From contig CM060732.1 in NCBI GenBank assembly GCA_030704615.1, positions 74,152,001-74,216,000 of the forward strand: a DNA stretch of 64,000 nt, read 5' to 3'. The DNA is from Takakia lepidozioides. Lineage: Eukaryota > Plantae > Bryophyta. The notes below the pieces were generated by a model. That model was not told the DNA's origin. It saw only the letters and a program-made list of their open reading frames with translations, and did not search any database. A program made the position numbers and the translations under genes. Positions 24,199 through 36,516 of the stretch are shown piece after piece; the first letter of the stretch is position 1; the number at the start of each line of letters is the position of its first letter.

Positions 24199-27100
24199 AT
24201 GCAAAGTATGGCGCCGACGTTGGGGTGGGGGGTGGAGAGAAGACGGTGGTTGCAGTGCGCTCTCTGGCAAGTAGCTGTGTCGTCTATAATATGGGTACTG
24301 AGGGAATCCCTGTTTACCACGGAGGCTGTCGGGAACAGGTACTTGCGAGGATTTGTCCTGGTGCCCTCTCTGTGGACTTGCTGTAGGTGCCTCATCTTTC
24401 AGGCAGCACAGCTGTTGTTTCTGCTAGGGGAGTGGTTAATTACGGTGCCGCAGGAGAAGGAGCTTGCCTCTTTGTCGGATGTGCTCACGGGGGTCTTGAA
24501 GCTTGCATGGAAGGCAGTGGTGGGGTCGCCGCTGGGGGGAGATGGTGCAAGGCTGGTTGAGAAGATTAGGGCAACAAGAGATCACCTCTTGTTTGCATTT
24601 CTATGCGGCATTTCTGGCTTTATGTCGCTTTTCGCCCTCACCTCTTCAGTGCATCCAAAGTTAGAGGATGCAGGCCCCTATGATTTTGGCCTGCGAGGAG
24701 TTGCTGTGGGCCTCTTCTACGCCTTCCTGCATGTCTATGAGAAAAAGTCTACCCTCTCGTTTCCAATCATTCAGGTCACAATTTTCTAGCTAAGACACGG
24801 GGCACTGTTTGCAGTTTAACATGCGGGGATTATGCTCCGCAATTCGGTTTTACAAAGTTGTTGTGCAGTGACCTGGTCTGGTTTTTCCCACGATGGTGAA
24901 GGTCTGAGTCCATGATAATCCGCTGTGCTTTAGTTTGCCATCCAGATCCCTTGTTATGGCAATCTTCATTACTCGTTGCTTGTTTCAAACAAAAATAGGT
25001 GTTCAATTGTGCACCCAGCGGACCCCTCTGTGAATTAGAATTTGTGTTCTATTGATGGGTGTAATTTGGCTTTTCCACTCAATGCTCGGTTGTCCAAGGC
25101 CCCGAGGTATATGTCGACTATACCTTGGAGGACTTCGGAATATTTTTCTTCCCCTCTAAATATCAGGGAACCCTCTAGTACTTAGGAGGGTGTGATACTC
25201 AGATTATCAGAATTTGAAAAGGTCGCTCACAGTCCTTGTCTGACTGCTTGCAGAGGAGATTCTTCTTCAGCCTCAAAATGGGAATCCCTCGAGCAGTTAA
25301 AATGGGTGTGAAGGTGGCTATGGCTGTGATACCAATTGCAGAAATTTCCGTTAGTGTCTGTCATGCTAAGTTGGGCCACTCCATTGGAAGCATTATCCTA
25401 AGCCAACTATCCTCTTGGATGTGGCATCAAGTTGTGTTTGTGGCAGGGGCTTTCTGTACGATTGTGTGCTGGGAACTCTGCCATCATTTGATCCAGGTAC
25501 ACATCATGGATTTTATTTCTGAGTGGTTCCATTGGAGTAGCGGAGAATCTGCACTCCTCTTTGAACTTTGAACAAGGGAATGATTGATGTGGAGTTAGCC
25601 CGCTCTTGGAGATGAGTGGGAGTCAGGTTGCATTTCATTTTCACTTGCATTAGTCTGTCGTAGCTGCAGCATTCAATGTTTCCATGTGTAGGCACTCGTC
25701 AACATGCTAAGCTCCTTTAAAACCTAAAATCTCCTTGTCACTGGTAGGTGAGGGACATTGAAAAGTTAAGCAGGGGGAATAAAAATATAAGCTATGCCAT
25801 TGTTACTTCAGATTTCTTGGGTATGCTACTGCTGTTTGTAGTGACACTATCGTGGGTCTTGTGGGCCACCAACGCATGTGCCTGGAAACATCTAGTTTCT
25901 TCCGAAGGGTGAGGGTGAAACACCTCTCAGATCATTGGATGCACCAATCTTACTGTATCAATGCCAAGTATCCTGACATATATCCTGTAAAACTGCCATG
26001 AAATTAGGTGATTCTCACATGGCGGCACATTTTTGCTCCGGCTCTTGGCTCCGCTGCTGCAGAATCACAGCCCAGTGAGCAGTTGTTGGTGGTGTTAGAG
26101 GAGGCAGACAATCAAACACTGATTAAGCACCTTGCAGCCTTTGATTTGTGTATTGTTTGTGAAAGCAATGTGGACACCTGGCGGAGGGCAGCTTTCTTTG
26201 AAGAGACAGGGGAAACTTATAAGAGAGTGATTGGGGCATGTTTGAGGCCACTGGACGATCTGACGTTCAGGCTTGCAAAAGGTTTGGAGACCTATGAATC
26301 AGAGAAGGCCGGTGATTCCTTGAAGAAACAGATGCAACTGCCTGGGGGTGATGAAGGATCGGGGTCACAAGGTGGCACCAGTAAAGAAATCTTTCGAGAC
26401 TTTCAGGTGGGTGATCTTTATCTGGTGGATCTGAGAGAATTATGTAGATATCTTCTCCATGGTCCAATTCTCCATGTAAACTGAAAGCTAAAAGCCTTGG
26501 AATGTGGAGAACTTTGAAATTTTGATTATGTCCATTAAGTTGGAGTTGAAGCTGTGAGTAAGGGAATGCTAACGCCGTGGTGAGTTGGTGGTTAGTGTAC
26601 TCTGCCTGCTTTTACTGTGTCTGTGAAAGCTTAGGATCAGCATGATAGACGCCCCATAGGAGCCTTTGCCATCTCCAAGTTTCATTCAGATGACAAATCG
26701 TCAACGACATTTTTTCAAATGGCTGACTGCAGATATTTGGTGTACTTGATCTCCAGCTCTGTGCCTGGTGTGCACGAAGTGCTGCATGCCTCACAGCAAG
26801 GTCCCGGACTGAGGACCGATATGGCGTTGCCCAATTGAGTGGCTGTAACGTAGCCGTTCTTTCCTCCCTCTTGTCATGCCTGCTGGTGGTTGAGGTCTAC
26901 CTAGGGCGCCGCAGCGCTTCAAGAGGGGCAGGCTTGGCAGGGCCTAACAGCATAAAGTGGACGATGCCATCAAGAGGGGCCTACATGGATGTCGGTCAAC
27001 GAAGGGGCTTTCCTTTTGCGAAACGTACGGTGATGCATAAGAAGGCATATGCCATGGCCGATGTGCTGCGCATCTCCATCTATCAAATTGTGTCAGCGTT

Positions 27101-27248
27101 TGGGGAGGTAATGGTGGTTGGGTCAGTGGGTTTGAAAGGCTTTGCGATTGCTGAACGAGATTGGATCAGCCAGAAGAAAACCTTGTACGGGACTCATGAT
27201 ATGCATTTACAAAAACTGGAAACATTCTTGGACTATCGAGTGGGTTAA
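24199..27248 (+). CDS. NDC1: Nucleoporin NDC1 (transmembrane nuclear pore protein), 4 exons
   Basis: Exons 24199-24774, 25254-25496, 26008-26406 and 26757-27248, all GT-AG, phase 0. Motifs FPIIQ|RRFFFSLKMGIP, NVDTWRRAAFFEETGETYKRV, AWCAR...EDRYGVAQLSG. The start ATG is uncertain. Confidence 0.88.
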
Positions 27249-29111
27249 GTCTCCTTTGGCTGGATCTTTTCATTTCATCCCCGACCCTAGAAAGTTGTCA
27301 ATTTTGGTAGATGGGCTCAGACACATTATACTTCCCAAACACCATTGAACAAATGTATACAGAACCCAAAGCTATGAAAGTAGTGTGCTCCCTAAAAAGC
27401 ACATTTGTGAATAGAGAGAAACATACCTGCAAGTCAGCAAGAGGTTAATTCTAGGTTCTTTCAGGTTAGCGAATTATCTGGTTCTTCACTCAGGCAAATA
27501 GTAGGCAGCATGTTATCTTTAGGTGGACAGATTGAGATTGTGGTGGGACAGTGTACTTTATCATGAACTGTATGCACAAAGGCATAACCTGATCACCATA
27601 CTTTCCTTTGGGTCACAGTGATTCTACGGCTATGTAATGCAGATGTCTCTGCTTCAGCATTTTGTTCTCACTTTTATGTACAAGAATGCTTACGTTCTTC
27701 TAAAGCTTATCTCACATAGAAAAATCAGATGTCAAATCAATAACGTTGAAAACAAATCAGACAGAGCAACAACAGGTTGCATCCTCTCAAAGAGAGGAGG
27801 CTAGAACGAACAAGAACAACAATGCTGAGAAGATATACAGTTCAGGATCTTCCATACTGCAGTTCATTCATTCCCAAATGTTGACACTTGATGCTTGTGT
27901 AGTAGAGGTGCTTGCTTCCACATTTCACCATATTAACATTTTTACCTTTTCAATTTTATCATTTTCATATTCTTATTAGACTCTCTGTTGCCAAATGGTT
28001 TGTCAGAATATTGTCGCATCATAGAATGTATCAAATATCTCAGCAAGTGTGGATGCCCCATTGCTGGATTTTGATTTCCTTCAATTTCTTCAGTGCTTTT
28101 ACGAATTTGAGCCCCAGTAAAATCATCCTGATGTTGCTCTGTGCAAGCTACGGTGTGTGAATGTGGCACTATGCCTTTAACATCGATAGTACTAACCCTC
28201 TTTCCTTTTCCACTAGCATTTGAACATGATTGCACACCTCACCCTTTCTCATGCATTTTATGATCAAAAGGTAAGACACTCTTAACACATTCATGGTTTC
28301 TCTGCCTCTTGAAGGTGTGCCGGTGAAGCCTTCGGCAAGTGATCCTTCCCCCTTTTAACTTTCCTCTCACCATTTCCAGACTCCCTTGTGAAATCATCTC
28401 GAGACTGCTAAACTTCCATCATCAGATTTTTTACAAACACATCATTACCATCGCATGTGTGCTACCTTATCCGCCAGAATCCAGATCAGTGTCACACTGT
28501 TGGAGGTCATCATGCCCTTGACTCTCGTCGTGGCTCAAGAGCAGTTCTATTTGAATTTTTCAGCATTGATTGTGAATGCAACTTCCTCATACTTCACCTT
28601 GAATGGAAGCTTCGTCCCTCCTAATCCCACCTTTACCCAAAATCTGTCAGTAAACAATGAGCCCTAGTTCAAACATTGCAAGCACCGTCAAACAGGTTTT
28701 GGGATAGACAATGTCAGCCATTCCATCTGGCAGGAAAAGATTGCCCACGTTACTTCAGTGGACATCTTGAGCTCTTAATCTTAGGCAGCAGCATGATCGA
28801 ACGTCTACTCTTAACTGCATGCTGTCAAGTAACAAGGAATTGCTTCTGCTCAATTGCCAAAAGAAGCCACTATCTTTCTCTCTCAAGTAGCACTTTCATC
28901 AAGCTCAGATCTATGGCATAGACTGAAAAGTCCAAACAAAGTCCAATACAACCCACAAGTTTAGGGACCACATTTCCACCCTGCAGCTGGAGGCGTAAGC
29001 AGATAACTTTGGGTTCCTGAGAAATCACAGCATGAGTCTCCAGACAACCACTCTGTTTTGTGTTGGAGAAATCAGAGGACTCGGAGCCCAGGAAAAGGAA
29101 GCAGGCAAAAT

Positions 29112-30878
29112 CTAGCCAACCATTAAGGCATTAGAGAGACTCAAGCTGTTGCGCATGGTATGCCGCCCGACACCCCCATTACCCTTGCGCATCATTGTAA
29201 CAAACTCGTTGTAATCTATGCGCCCATCATTGTCCTGATCAACCTCGCGAATGAGGTCCTCAACACTTAAGTCACCCATATTGAACTCTATGCATGCTTG
29301 CTGGAGCTCATCAGTGGTGATGTAGCCGCTGCCATCCTTATCAAAATAAGAAAATGCAGCAAACATGTTCTCCTCGCGCTCGATCTTGTTCAAATGTAAA
29401 GTTGCAGCTACAAATTCTCCGTAATCTATGGTTCCATCCCTGTCAATATCAGCTGCATCCATGAGGTCCCTAATGTCTGCATCCTTAAGATTGGACCCAA
29501 CTCTTTCAAGGCCCACTTTCAACTCCTCAAAACTAATTGTACCACTATTGTCTGTGTCTATCATCTTAAACATCTCTTTCAAGCCCACAATTTCCTCCTC
29601 TGACAGAGTCTCTGCAATAACTCGAATAGCAATCTTCTTTATTTTGTTCATGTCTGAGAACTGCTTGAGTCGTGTCTGCACCGCCGAGTCAATAGGCTTA
29701 TCTGGTGCCACGCCATGAACGCAAACCCACGGATGGCTCAAGACTTGATGAGCTTTCATGCGCCTCCTAGGATCGGCGTTCAGCATCCAGCGAATCAAAT
29801 CCTTGGAGGTTTCAGAGATTTTCGGCCAAGGATCCGATTCAAAATCCAGCTCCCCTCTCAGCACTTGCTCAAATATGCCTTGCTCAGTCTCAGCCCAGAA
29901 GGGTGGAACTCCACTAAGAAGAATGTAAAGGATCACACCCGCACTCCAAACATCAGCTTCAGGGCCGTAGTGTTTGCGAAGTACCTCTGGGGCAACATAA
30001 TATGGGCTACCCACAACATCGGTGAACACCTCACCAGGTTTAAAGAAAACAGACAACCCGAAATCTGTAGCCTTAAGGGCTGCATCCTCGTTCTTGTTGA
30101 GTAGAAGGAAGTTTTCAGGCTTCAAGTCCCGATGCATGACTCCGAGTGAATGGCAAGCCTCAACCACACCCACAATCGTCCTTATCAATTCCGCAGCTTT
30201 TGCCTCGCTGTAATGCCCCCTCTGAATGATGCGGTCAAAGAGCTCCCCCCCTGCACACAGCTCCATTACCAGATGTACCGAAGTCGAATCCTCGTAAGCC
30301 CCCTTGATGCTCACAATGTTGGGGTGCCCCGACAAGTGATGCATAATGTGCAGCTCCCGCCTCACATCATCAACATCCTCTTGTGAGATGAGCTTTCGCT
30401 TGGCAATCGATTTGCATGCATACTCCCTGTTCGTGGTCTTCTCAACGCACAGATAGGTAGTGCCAAATTGGCCTTGCCCCAGCTTCCTCCCAAGCGTGTA
30501 CAAATCCTTGAGATTCTCAGTCTCCCTCTGCAGCACTGACGCAGTCAAGCTCTGCCCTGGTATCACCTTCACCTCCCCGCCTTTCTTCATGGCTGCAATC
30601 ACCCCCCCTACCTGTTTAGTCTTCGTGGGATGATTATCTGGAATATCCCTGGTATTGGATGCAACCCCAACAACATGAACTTGGTTGGCGATCGGAGGCT
30701 TTTGCTGTGTAATGTCAGGCTCAAGGTGTCCCTGTGATGTTTGCTGACTACTGTCGTGGTGATCTCCTGCCTGCGAATCAGGAAGGGACTGACTGCGGGA
30801 TGTGGAACTCTGAGCCAAGGGCTCTATGACGCCCCGGAAAAACCTCTTCTTTGCTGCCCCAAGACATGTATTGCCCAT
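29112..30878 (-). CDS. CPK: Calcium-dependent protein kinase (group I-like), intronless, 588 aa
   Basis: MGNTC acylation-type N-terminus, [27 protein letters not shown], junction domain and four EF-hands in one uninterrupted ORF. Confidence 0.98.
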   Translation of the reverse strand: MGNTCLGAAKKRFFRGVIEPLAQSSTSRSQSLPDSQAGDHHDSSQQTSQGHLEPDITQQKPPIANQVHVVGVASNTRDIPDNHPTKTKQVGGVIAAMKKGGEVKVIPGQSLTASVLQRETENLKDLYTLGRKLGQGQFGTTYLCVEKTTNREYACKSIAKRKLISQEDVDDVRRELHIMHHLSGHPNIVSIKGAYEDSTSVHLVMELCAGGELFDRIIQRGHYSEAKAAELIRTIVGVVEACHSLGVMHRDLKPENFLLLNKNEDAALKATDFGLSVFFKPGEVFTDVVGSPYYVAPEVLRKHYGPEADVWSAGVILYILLSGVPPFWAETEQGIFEQVLRGELDFESDPWPKISETSKDLIRWMLNADPRRRMKAHQVLSHPWVCVHGVAPDKPIDSAVQTRLKQFSDMNKIKKIAIRVIAETLSEEEIVGLKEMFKMIDTDNSGTISFEELKVGLERVGSNLKDADIRDLMDAADIDRDGTIDYGEFVAATLHLNKIEREENMFAAFSYFDKDGSGYITTDELQQACIEFNMGDLSVEDLIREVDQDNDGRIDYNEFVTMMRKGNGGVGRHTMRNSLSLSNALMVG

Positions 30879-31999
30879 TTAGAACGCTGTAAATTCCATC
30901 GTCGCCACTCTTTATCCCCAAAGCCAGGACTTGCATACAAACCCCCCCCCCCCCCCCCCCCCTCTCTCTCTCCCTCTCTCTCTGGCCTTGACAAAAAGAC
31001 GTCTCCGTATATACAAGAATTTTACAGAATGCTGCAGTCTGTACACAGCCACCCGAGCAAAGATTGGCTACCAACTCAGGACCTGTGATCCTCCACACCT
31101 CAACGTCGTTTGTGATATAAATCCTCCTACCAATGCGCAACCACCATGCCTATCATACTAAAAAAAAAAAAAGGGGGGGGGGGGGGGGGGGTGTGAAGCC
31201 ACCAGGCGCCAAAACAAATCTGTGCCTCTGCACAACAATTAGAGGCTTCCCTCACCCCTCCTCCTCTCCTCCTCAGTCTACCCCGCCAGATTGAGCAAAT
31301 GGAACATTCTCTGTTCCGATCCCTTATCTCCGAGATCCCACTCCACAAAAACTAAAAATAAGCAGCAGCACCGCCCACAAGGTGGGCCCTTCCCTTCGTC
31401 TCTCTCGTCTCCGTGAGGAAGAGTGAGTTGGCAGAGAGCCATGGTGGCATGTGCAGCCCACCCGCGGCGGCGTTGGACTCGCCCAGGTCACAGCCTCGCT
31501 TCCTCTTCTTCATATTTCCACCTACTCACTCCCCACATGCTGCATGCCGGTTGGCATGTTAATCACCCTCTATATACTACCAATATACCTCCCTGAAGGT
31601 TATTCCTATGCTACCACCGTAACCTGTCACAGGTTGTCCCCTCCCTAACATGGATCACACTCTCCCTCTTGAGTACCTCTGGGAGGGTTGTTCCTGGTAT
31701 GCTTTCTTCTTACTGTCTGAAAAGCAATTCTAAATTCGCATACTAGTGTTGCTACATAAAAGAAAGGGGTGTTCCCAGTTCCCATCAATTTGTGCACACT
31801 GATGACAGCAGCAACATAAAAATTTGCTGGCTGACTTTGACTCTTCATGGGAAGAGGTGACAGCATCTGCAGGAGGACTTTGCTGAATTGAGAGTGGAAT
31901 GGAACAACTCCCTCTCTGCATGCTGGGAGTTCATTCAGCTGAAGGGGATGGCTCTGAGGTGAATTGGCGACACCGTAGGAGCTTCCGGATGCAAATCCA

Positions 32000-32230
32000 A
32001 AGCTCAGCTTTCTTATGATCAGCCTAAGCGCAAGAGGGGTAGTTTTTAGGACTCTTTGCATGCTTCTTGGCTTCTCTCCAACTCTGTTTCTCCAGAGGCA
32101 GTGTCACTACTTCTGCCTTCGTGGCTTTCCACCAGGTTAATTTTTCCTGATTTTTGCTGACCTGTTTTATCAAAATTAAGGGCCTCTGTCCCCTTTCCAA
32201 GAATAAATAAAAAATAAAAAATAAAAAAAT
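32000..32230 (+). mobile_element. Short 3' end of a related LINE
   Basis: AAGGGCCTCTGTCCCCTTTCC plus an A-rich tail matches AAGGGCCCCTGTCCCCTTTCC plus poly(A) at ~18040-18081. Confidence 0.6.
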
Positions 32231-32428
32231 ATGTGGAATATATAATGAAACATTGTGCATGTAAATATTTTTGAATGATAATACTTACTCTTATATTTAT
32301 ATTTATATATATATATATATATACATGTGTGTGTGTGTGTGTCCAATATGCCTGTATAACCCTGGTATACATTGTTGGTTTGCTATATTTGTCCAAATGT
32401 ATCCCCCTACTAGCATTGGAAGTTAGGT

Positions 32429-34694
32429 AGCGCGTGAGCATGCTCACGCTCACGTGTGCACAAGGGCATATTCCACAAAATTTCCCCTGCGAAACTCATT
32501 TGGCGAAACTCAAACCTACGTGAAACTATCATATAAAGAACACGTAACCCCTATCTCCGAGCATGTTACCCTATATGCATGGGGTTTTTCCCATAACAGG
32601 CGCGACAGTGTGCGGTGAGGCTTGAACTGAAATTGCAGGTCTTCGCCCATGGCTGATTTCTCACGTAAGGAATACATACCGCACAACCTGATAATTTCGC
32701 AGGGCGAAACTCTGTACCAACCAGCATGAGAAGAAATGAACCGTAGCAGAAATTAAATGAAAGCCACTATTAAAATATCCACCCACTTGTATTTTCGCAA
32801 AGCAAAACCCTCTCCTCTCCCAACTATAAATACATTTGAACAGTGGCATTGGCAATGCGAAAGTTATCCCTCCGTTGAGGTTTTGTAGAGTGCATTTTGG
32901 ATTTTCATGAGGATGAAAGAACATAAATAATATTCGAGAGATGCCCAGCGAATATTTCACAGCTAATAATGCTGTTCTCACGCAACAAAAATCCCAGGAA
33001 AAAACATCAAATTGAATAACAATTCAGCACAAGAGCACAAATCAGAAGAGATGAGGTTGCGAAACCTTATTGCATGTAACAGGGAGGTTCATAGTTCAAA
33101 TTGTGTTGGTACATATATTCTCTACGGAATGTTTCTATGTGAGATCCTCTATATCTTATCTATAATACACATGCTCACAATAATCAGATTTACAATTGCA
33201 ATATGCATATGTGGACTAACTTAATCCCAGAAACTAATTTAATTGAACGAAGATTATGAACTACGTTCACTTATCTGTTTGATGACATTGGTTGGAAATA
33301 GCTGAGCTTAAATTAAGTGATCTGCATCTCTTGAGAAACGTGCATTTCGTAAGACCATTAAAGTAGTGCAACTCTTATTGACTTCATTCACGATAACCAT
33401 ACTGATGTTGGGGAAGAATGAAAACTCAACGTTATCTTTTGCGGTCAATCGCAACGAGGCCAACACTCCCACTCTTACAGTCACCACAGATTTTTAATAT
33501 GGACATTACATTGGATAGCCTCTAAAACTAAGGTCTGGCATGGTAGCTCTGTACAAATTTACCTGATTCCAACCAGGAAACCCTTGATCTCTCCGGAAAG
33601 CGGTCCGAACCTGCGAAAACAAATATCTTGGGGTGAGTCTCTTGTTAAAATCATACTGAAATGAGTAGACCAACCTCAAAAACGAAAAAACTCATATGGT
33701 TGGTAAAACTTACTCACAAAGACCCCTCATCCGAAGTTGCAGGTTTCTCTTCGCCATCTTTCCCTTCTAGAATATTCTCCATAAAAGCGAAAGATCCAGA
33801 TCGTGCATTTTGGCTATCCATATCTCCGTCATCCCCGCTAGCAGGATGTGCCTCCAAACGAAGCAATACGCTGGACACCAACTCCGGGTCTGCCTCCAGC
33901 GCGCAAAGATTTATGTCTGACATGCGAGCCGCGACCATAGAGGCCCCTACGAATCCAGGGAATTCCACAATTGAGACAAAAAAACTCTATTCAAATACAC
34001 ATGAAACAAAAAAAAATGTTTCAAAGACAAATGATATGTATACATGTTCCTGTAGTGAAGTCGAACATATAGCCCTCCAACGGGGAGCAAGTCTCCATCA
34101 GAATTTGCATGAAATTGGGACTCTTCTCCTTCGATCTTCGCCAATAACCTCCACCGTTGAGCCTCTCTGTCGTGATCTCAGTAGGCACGTGATTAAATAT
34201 CACATTGTACTTGGCAGGGTCGTACGGAGAGTCCACGAAATCTCCCTCGTCCAAGAACGTAAATTTCGATTTTGATTTGACAAGGCAGAATGCCGAGAAC
34301 ACACGAGCCTGGAGGTATCACAAGTGTTAGAAAATGGCCTCACAAAGTCACTCACATTGACCTTATGGCATCTAATACCATACAAATCCAATCCCGAATG
34401 AGAACTAATTATCAAAACCCATCCATCAATACTTTCGCAGTGCGAAAGTGTAGACGTGCATGTATACTTGGAAAACCCAACCAACACTATAAACAAATGG
34501 CACTAACAAATCCACTGTTGTATTGGATTTCAGGCGTGAGAAGCCAAACAGGCACAAGAAGAATGGAGAACAAGTACGAACCATTCCACCCATTGCCTCA
34601 GGCACAACGCTGTTGTTCTTCGGCATTGCGAGAGGCTGGGTATTGACCACAATCTGGACAATGACGAACAACCTGAGAAAACATGGGAGCACTA
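32429..34694 (-). mobile_element. Remnant of the methyltransferase-carrying element family (element C)
   Basis: The palindrome GCGTGAGCATGCTCACGC (32432-32449) resembles the hairpin at 45847-45870. Contains MTase-like copy C and is cut by a Copia at 34695. Confidence 0.55.
33714..34672 (-). pseudogene. Beta-class N4C/N6A methyltransferase-like gene, copy C (3' part)
   Basis: YWRRSKEKSPNFMQILMETCSPLEGYMFDFTTGT, intron, then ASMVAARMSDINLCALEADPEL. Aligns with copies A and B, including the intron position. Confidence 0.7.
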
Positions 34695-36516
34695 TGTTGG
34701 AAAACAGCTCCATAATTTACATCTTGACTTGTAGATAAAGTTAGAGACATTAAAAGTAAATCTCTATTTAGAGAGGCTTTTGTCTCTTAAGGTTAAAGCT
34801 AGTTCATTATGAGACTACTTAACATATATAGTAAAAGTAGGTCTAAAAGGCAAGTCTTAGTGATTGCTTTTAGCCTAGCTAGAACTATATAAGAAGCTCG
34901 GGGGTGAAGCCACATATCAGTTGTTCATGTTGTGTGCTTCTATGGTTGGGTGGAGAGCTTCTATACAATCCTCTTTTGTTGTTATATCTACGTTTTTCAA
35001 CATGGTATCAGAGCCTTGTTGCTAGAAGGTGACTGTAGTTTCATGCTAGATAGAGGAGGTGCTACGAGATGGCAGCGAGGACGTGATCAAAGGGAGCTCC
35101 TAGCCAAAGCAATTTGGTCCACGACCAGTGATCAGTAAAAGTCTGTGAGTTTGCTGATTGTCAAGTATAAAGTCTTAAATACTGAGAAAGGAAAGACCTA
35201 ATGGCAAATTTTGCTCATGGAAACGCATTAGATATAAGAGTAGAAAATCGGTTTAATGGAACCAACTACCAATCCTGGAAGTTTAGAATGGTCCAAATGA
35301 TTCTTCTAGACAAATACCTGTGGGGATTGATTGATGGGTCATATGTAAGACCTAATGATGCAGTTGGCCAAGCTTTATGGGATAGAAAAGATCAGAGGGC
35401 TAAGGCTAATGTCATAATGAGCTTGAGAGACAATCAGATGAATCTAGTCATTGATGCTAAAAGTTCCAAAGAAGTTTGGGATAAACTAGCAGCTATTTTT
35501 GAGACGAAGGATGTAACGTTGCAAGTGATTGCGACACAGAAGTTCTATGGTCTGAAAATGACCAAGACGGATTCAGTCGAACAACCTTTGAGTTTATTCA
35601 GTGTCTTAAGAGACGAGCTGAAATCTGTGGGAACTGTAATATCTAATGAACGAACAGCAGTAGTGCTGCTAGCGACCTTACCTAAATCCTATGACAGTTT
35701 TGTGGTATCCTTAACATGACAAACCAACTTAACAACTGAGGTGGTCATAGGTCTTCTCCTCAAGGAGGAGAAACGAAGAGGTCAAGGGGCATCTTTTGTA
35801 GACAAGGCTTTGTTCATCGGTACATCGTTTGGCTAACTTTCTCACATACAAACTTATATCTCCTTCCCAGTATTCTTGGGAGATGATAGCAAACACCGTC
35901 ATTAGTGGAGAAGGTTCAATCTCACTTCTGATAAATCAATGAGATATTCGAGAAGTACAATGTGTACTATACGTACCTTCCTTAACCAAAAACTTGTTGT
36001 CAGTGAGGAAAATAATTGATGCAGGATATAGAGTGCTATTCCAGAAAGAAAGCTGCTTCATCTCAGATAACAAAGGTCAAGTAGTAGCATAGACAATGGT
36101 CTATATAGATTGGAGAATCAAAGTTCTAGTGCTCTTGCAACCTATTCACCAGGGACAGGATCAAGACTAGTCATGTCAGAAACTGAGTTATGGCATAGAC
36201 GATTGGGACATGTGAGCATCAATAAGTTGAGACAGATGAAACAGTCAACTTCTTTTGTAGAAGAACTGTCATTGAAAGATGTCACCAACCTTGATTTCTG
36301 TAAAGGTTGCATAGAAGGGAAGCAGCATAGAACTCAGTTTCCTAGTGATGGTGGACGGAGAGCCACAAACATTCTGGAAATCATACATTCTGATGTATGC
36401 GGACCAATGCAAACTAAGTCCTTTGGAAGATTCTTACAAAAATTCAAGGAGTTCAAAGTATTTGCAGAGAAACAAACAGGAAATGTCCCGAAGATTCTCA
36501 GATCCGACAATGGAGC
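34695..36516 (+). mobile_element. Ty1/Copia 5' half (LTR, PBS, gag, PR remnant, integrase start)
   Basis: LTR TGTTGG...TTCAACA at 34695-35002; tRNA-iMet PBS TGGTATCAGAGC at 35003-35014; gag 35201-35719; LWHRRLGH, C-x2-C, IHSDVCGP, LRSDNG. Interrupted by Gypsy at 36517. Confidence 0.93.

Noticed and set aside
29428-30386. Plus-strand ORFs over the CDPK
   Set aside because: Antisense shadows of a real coding sequence.
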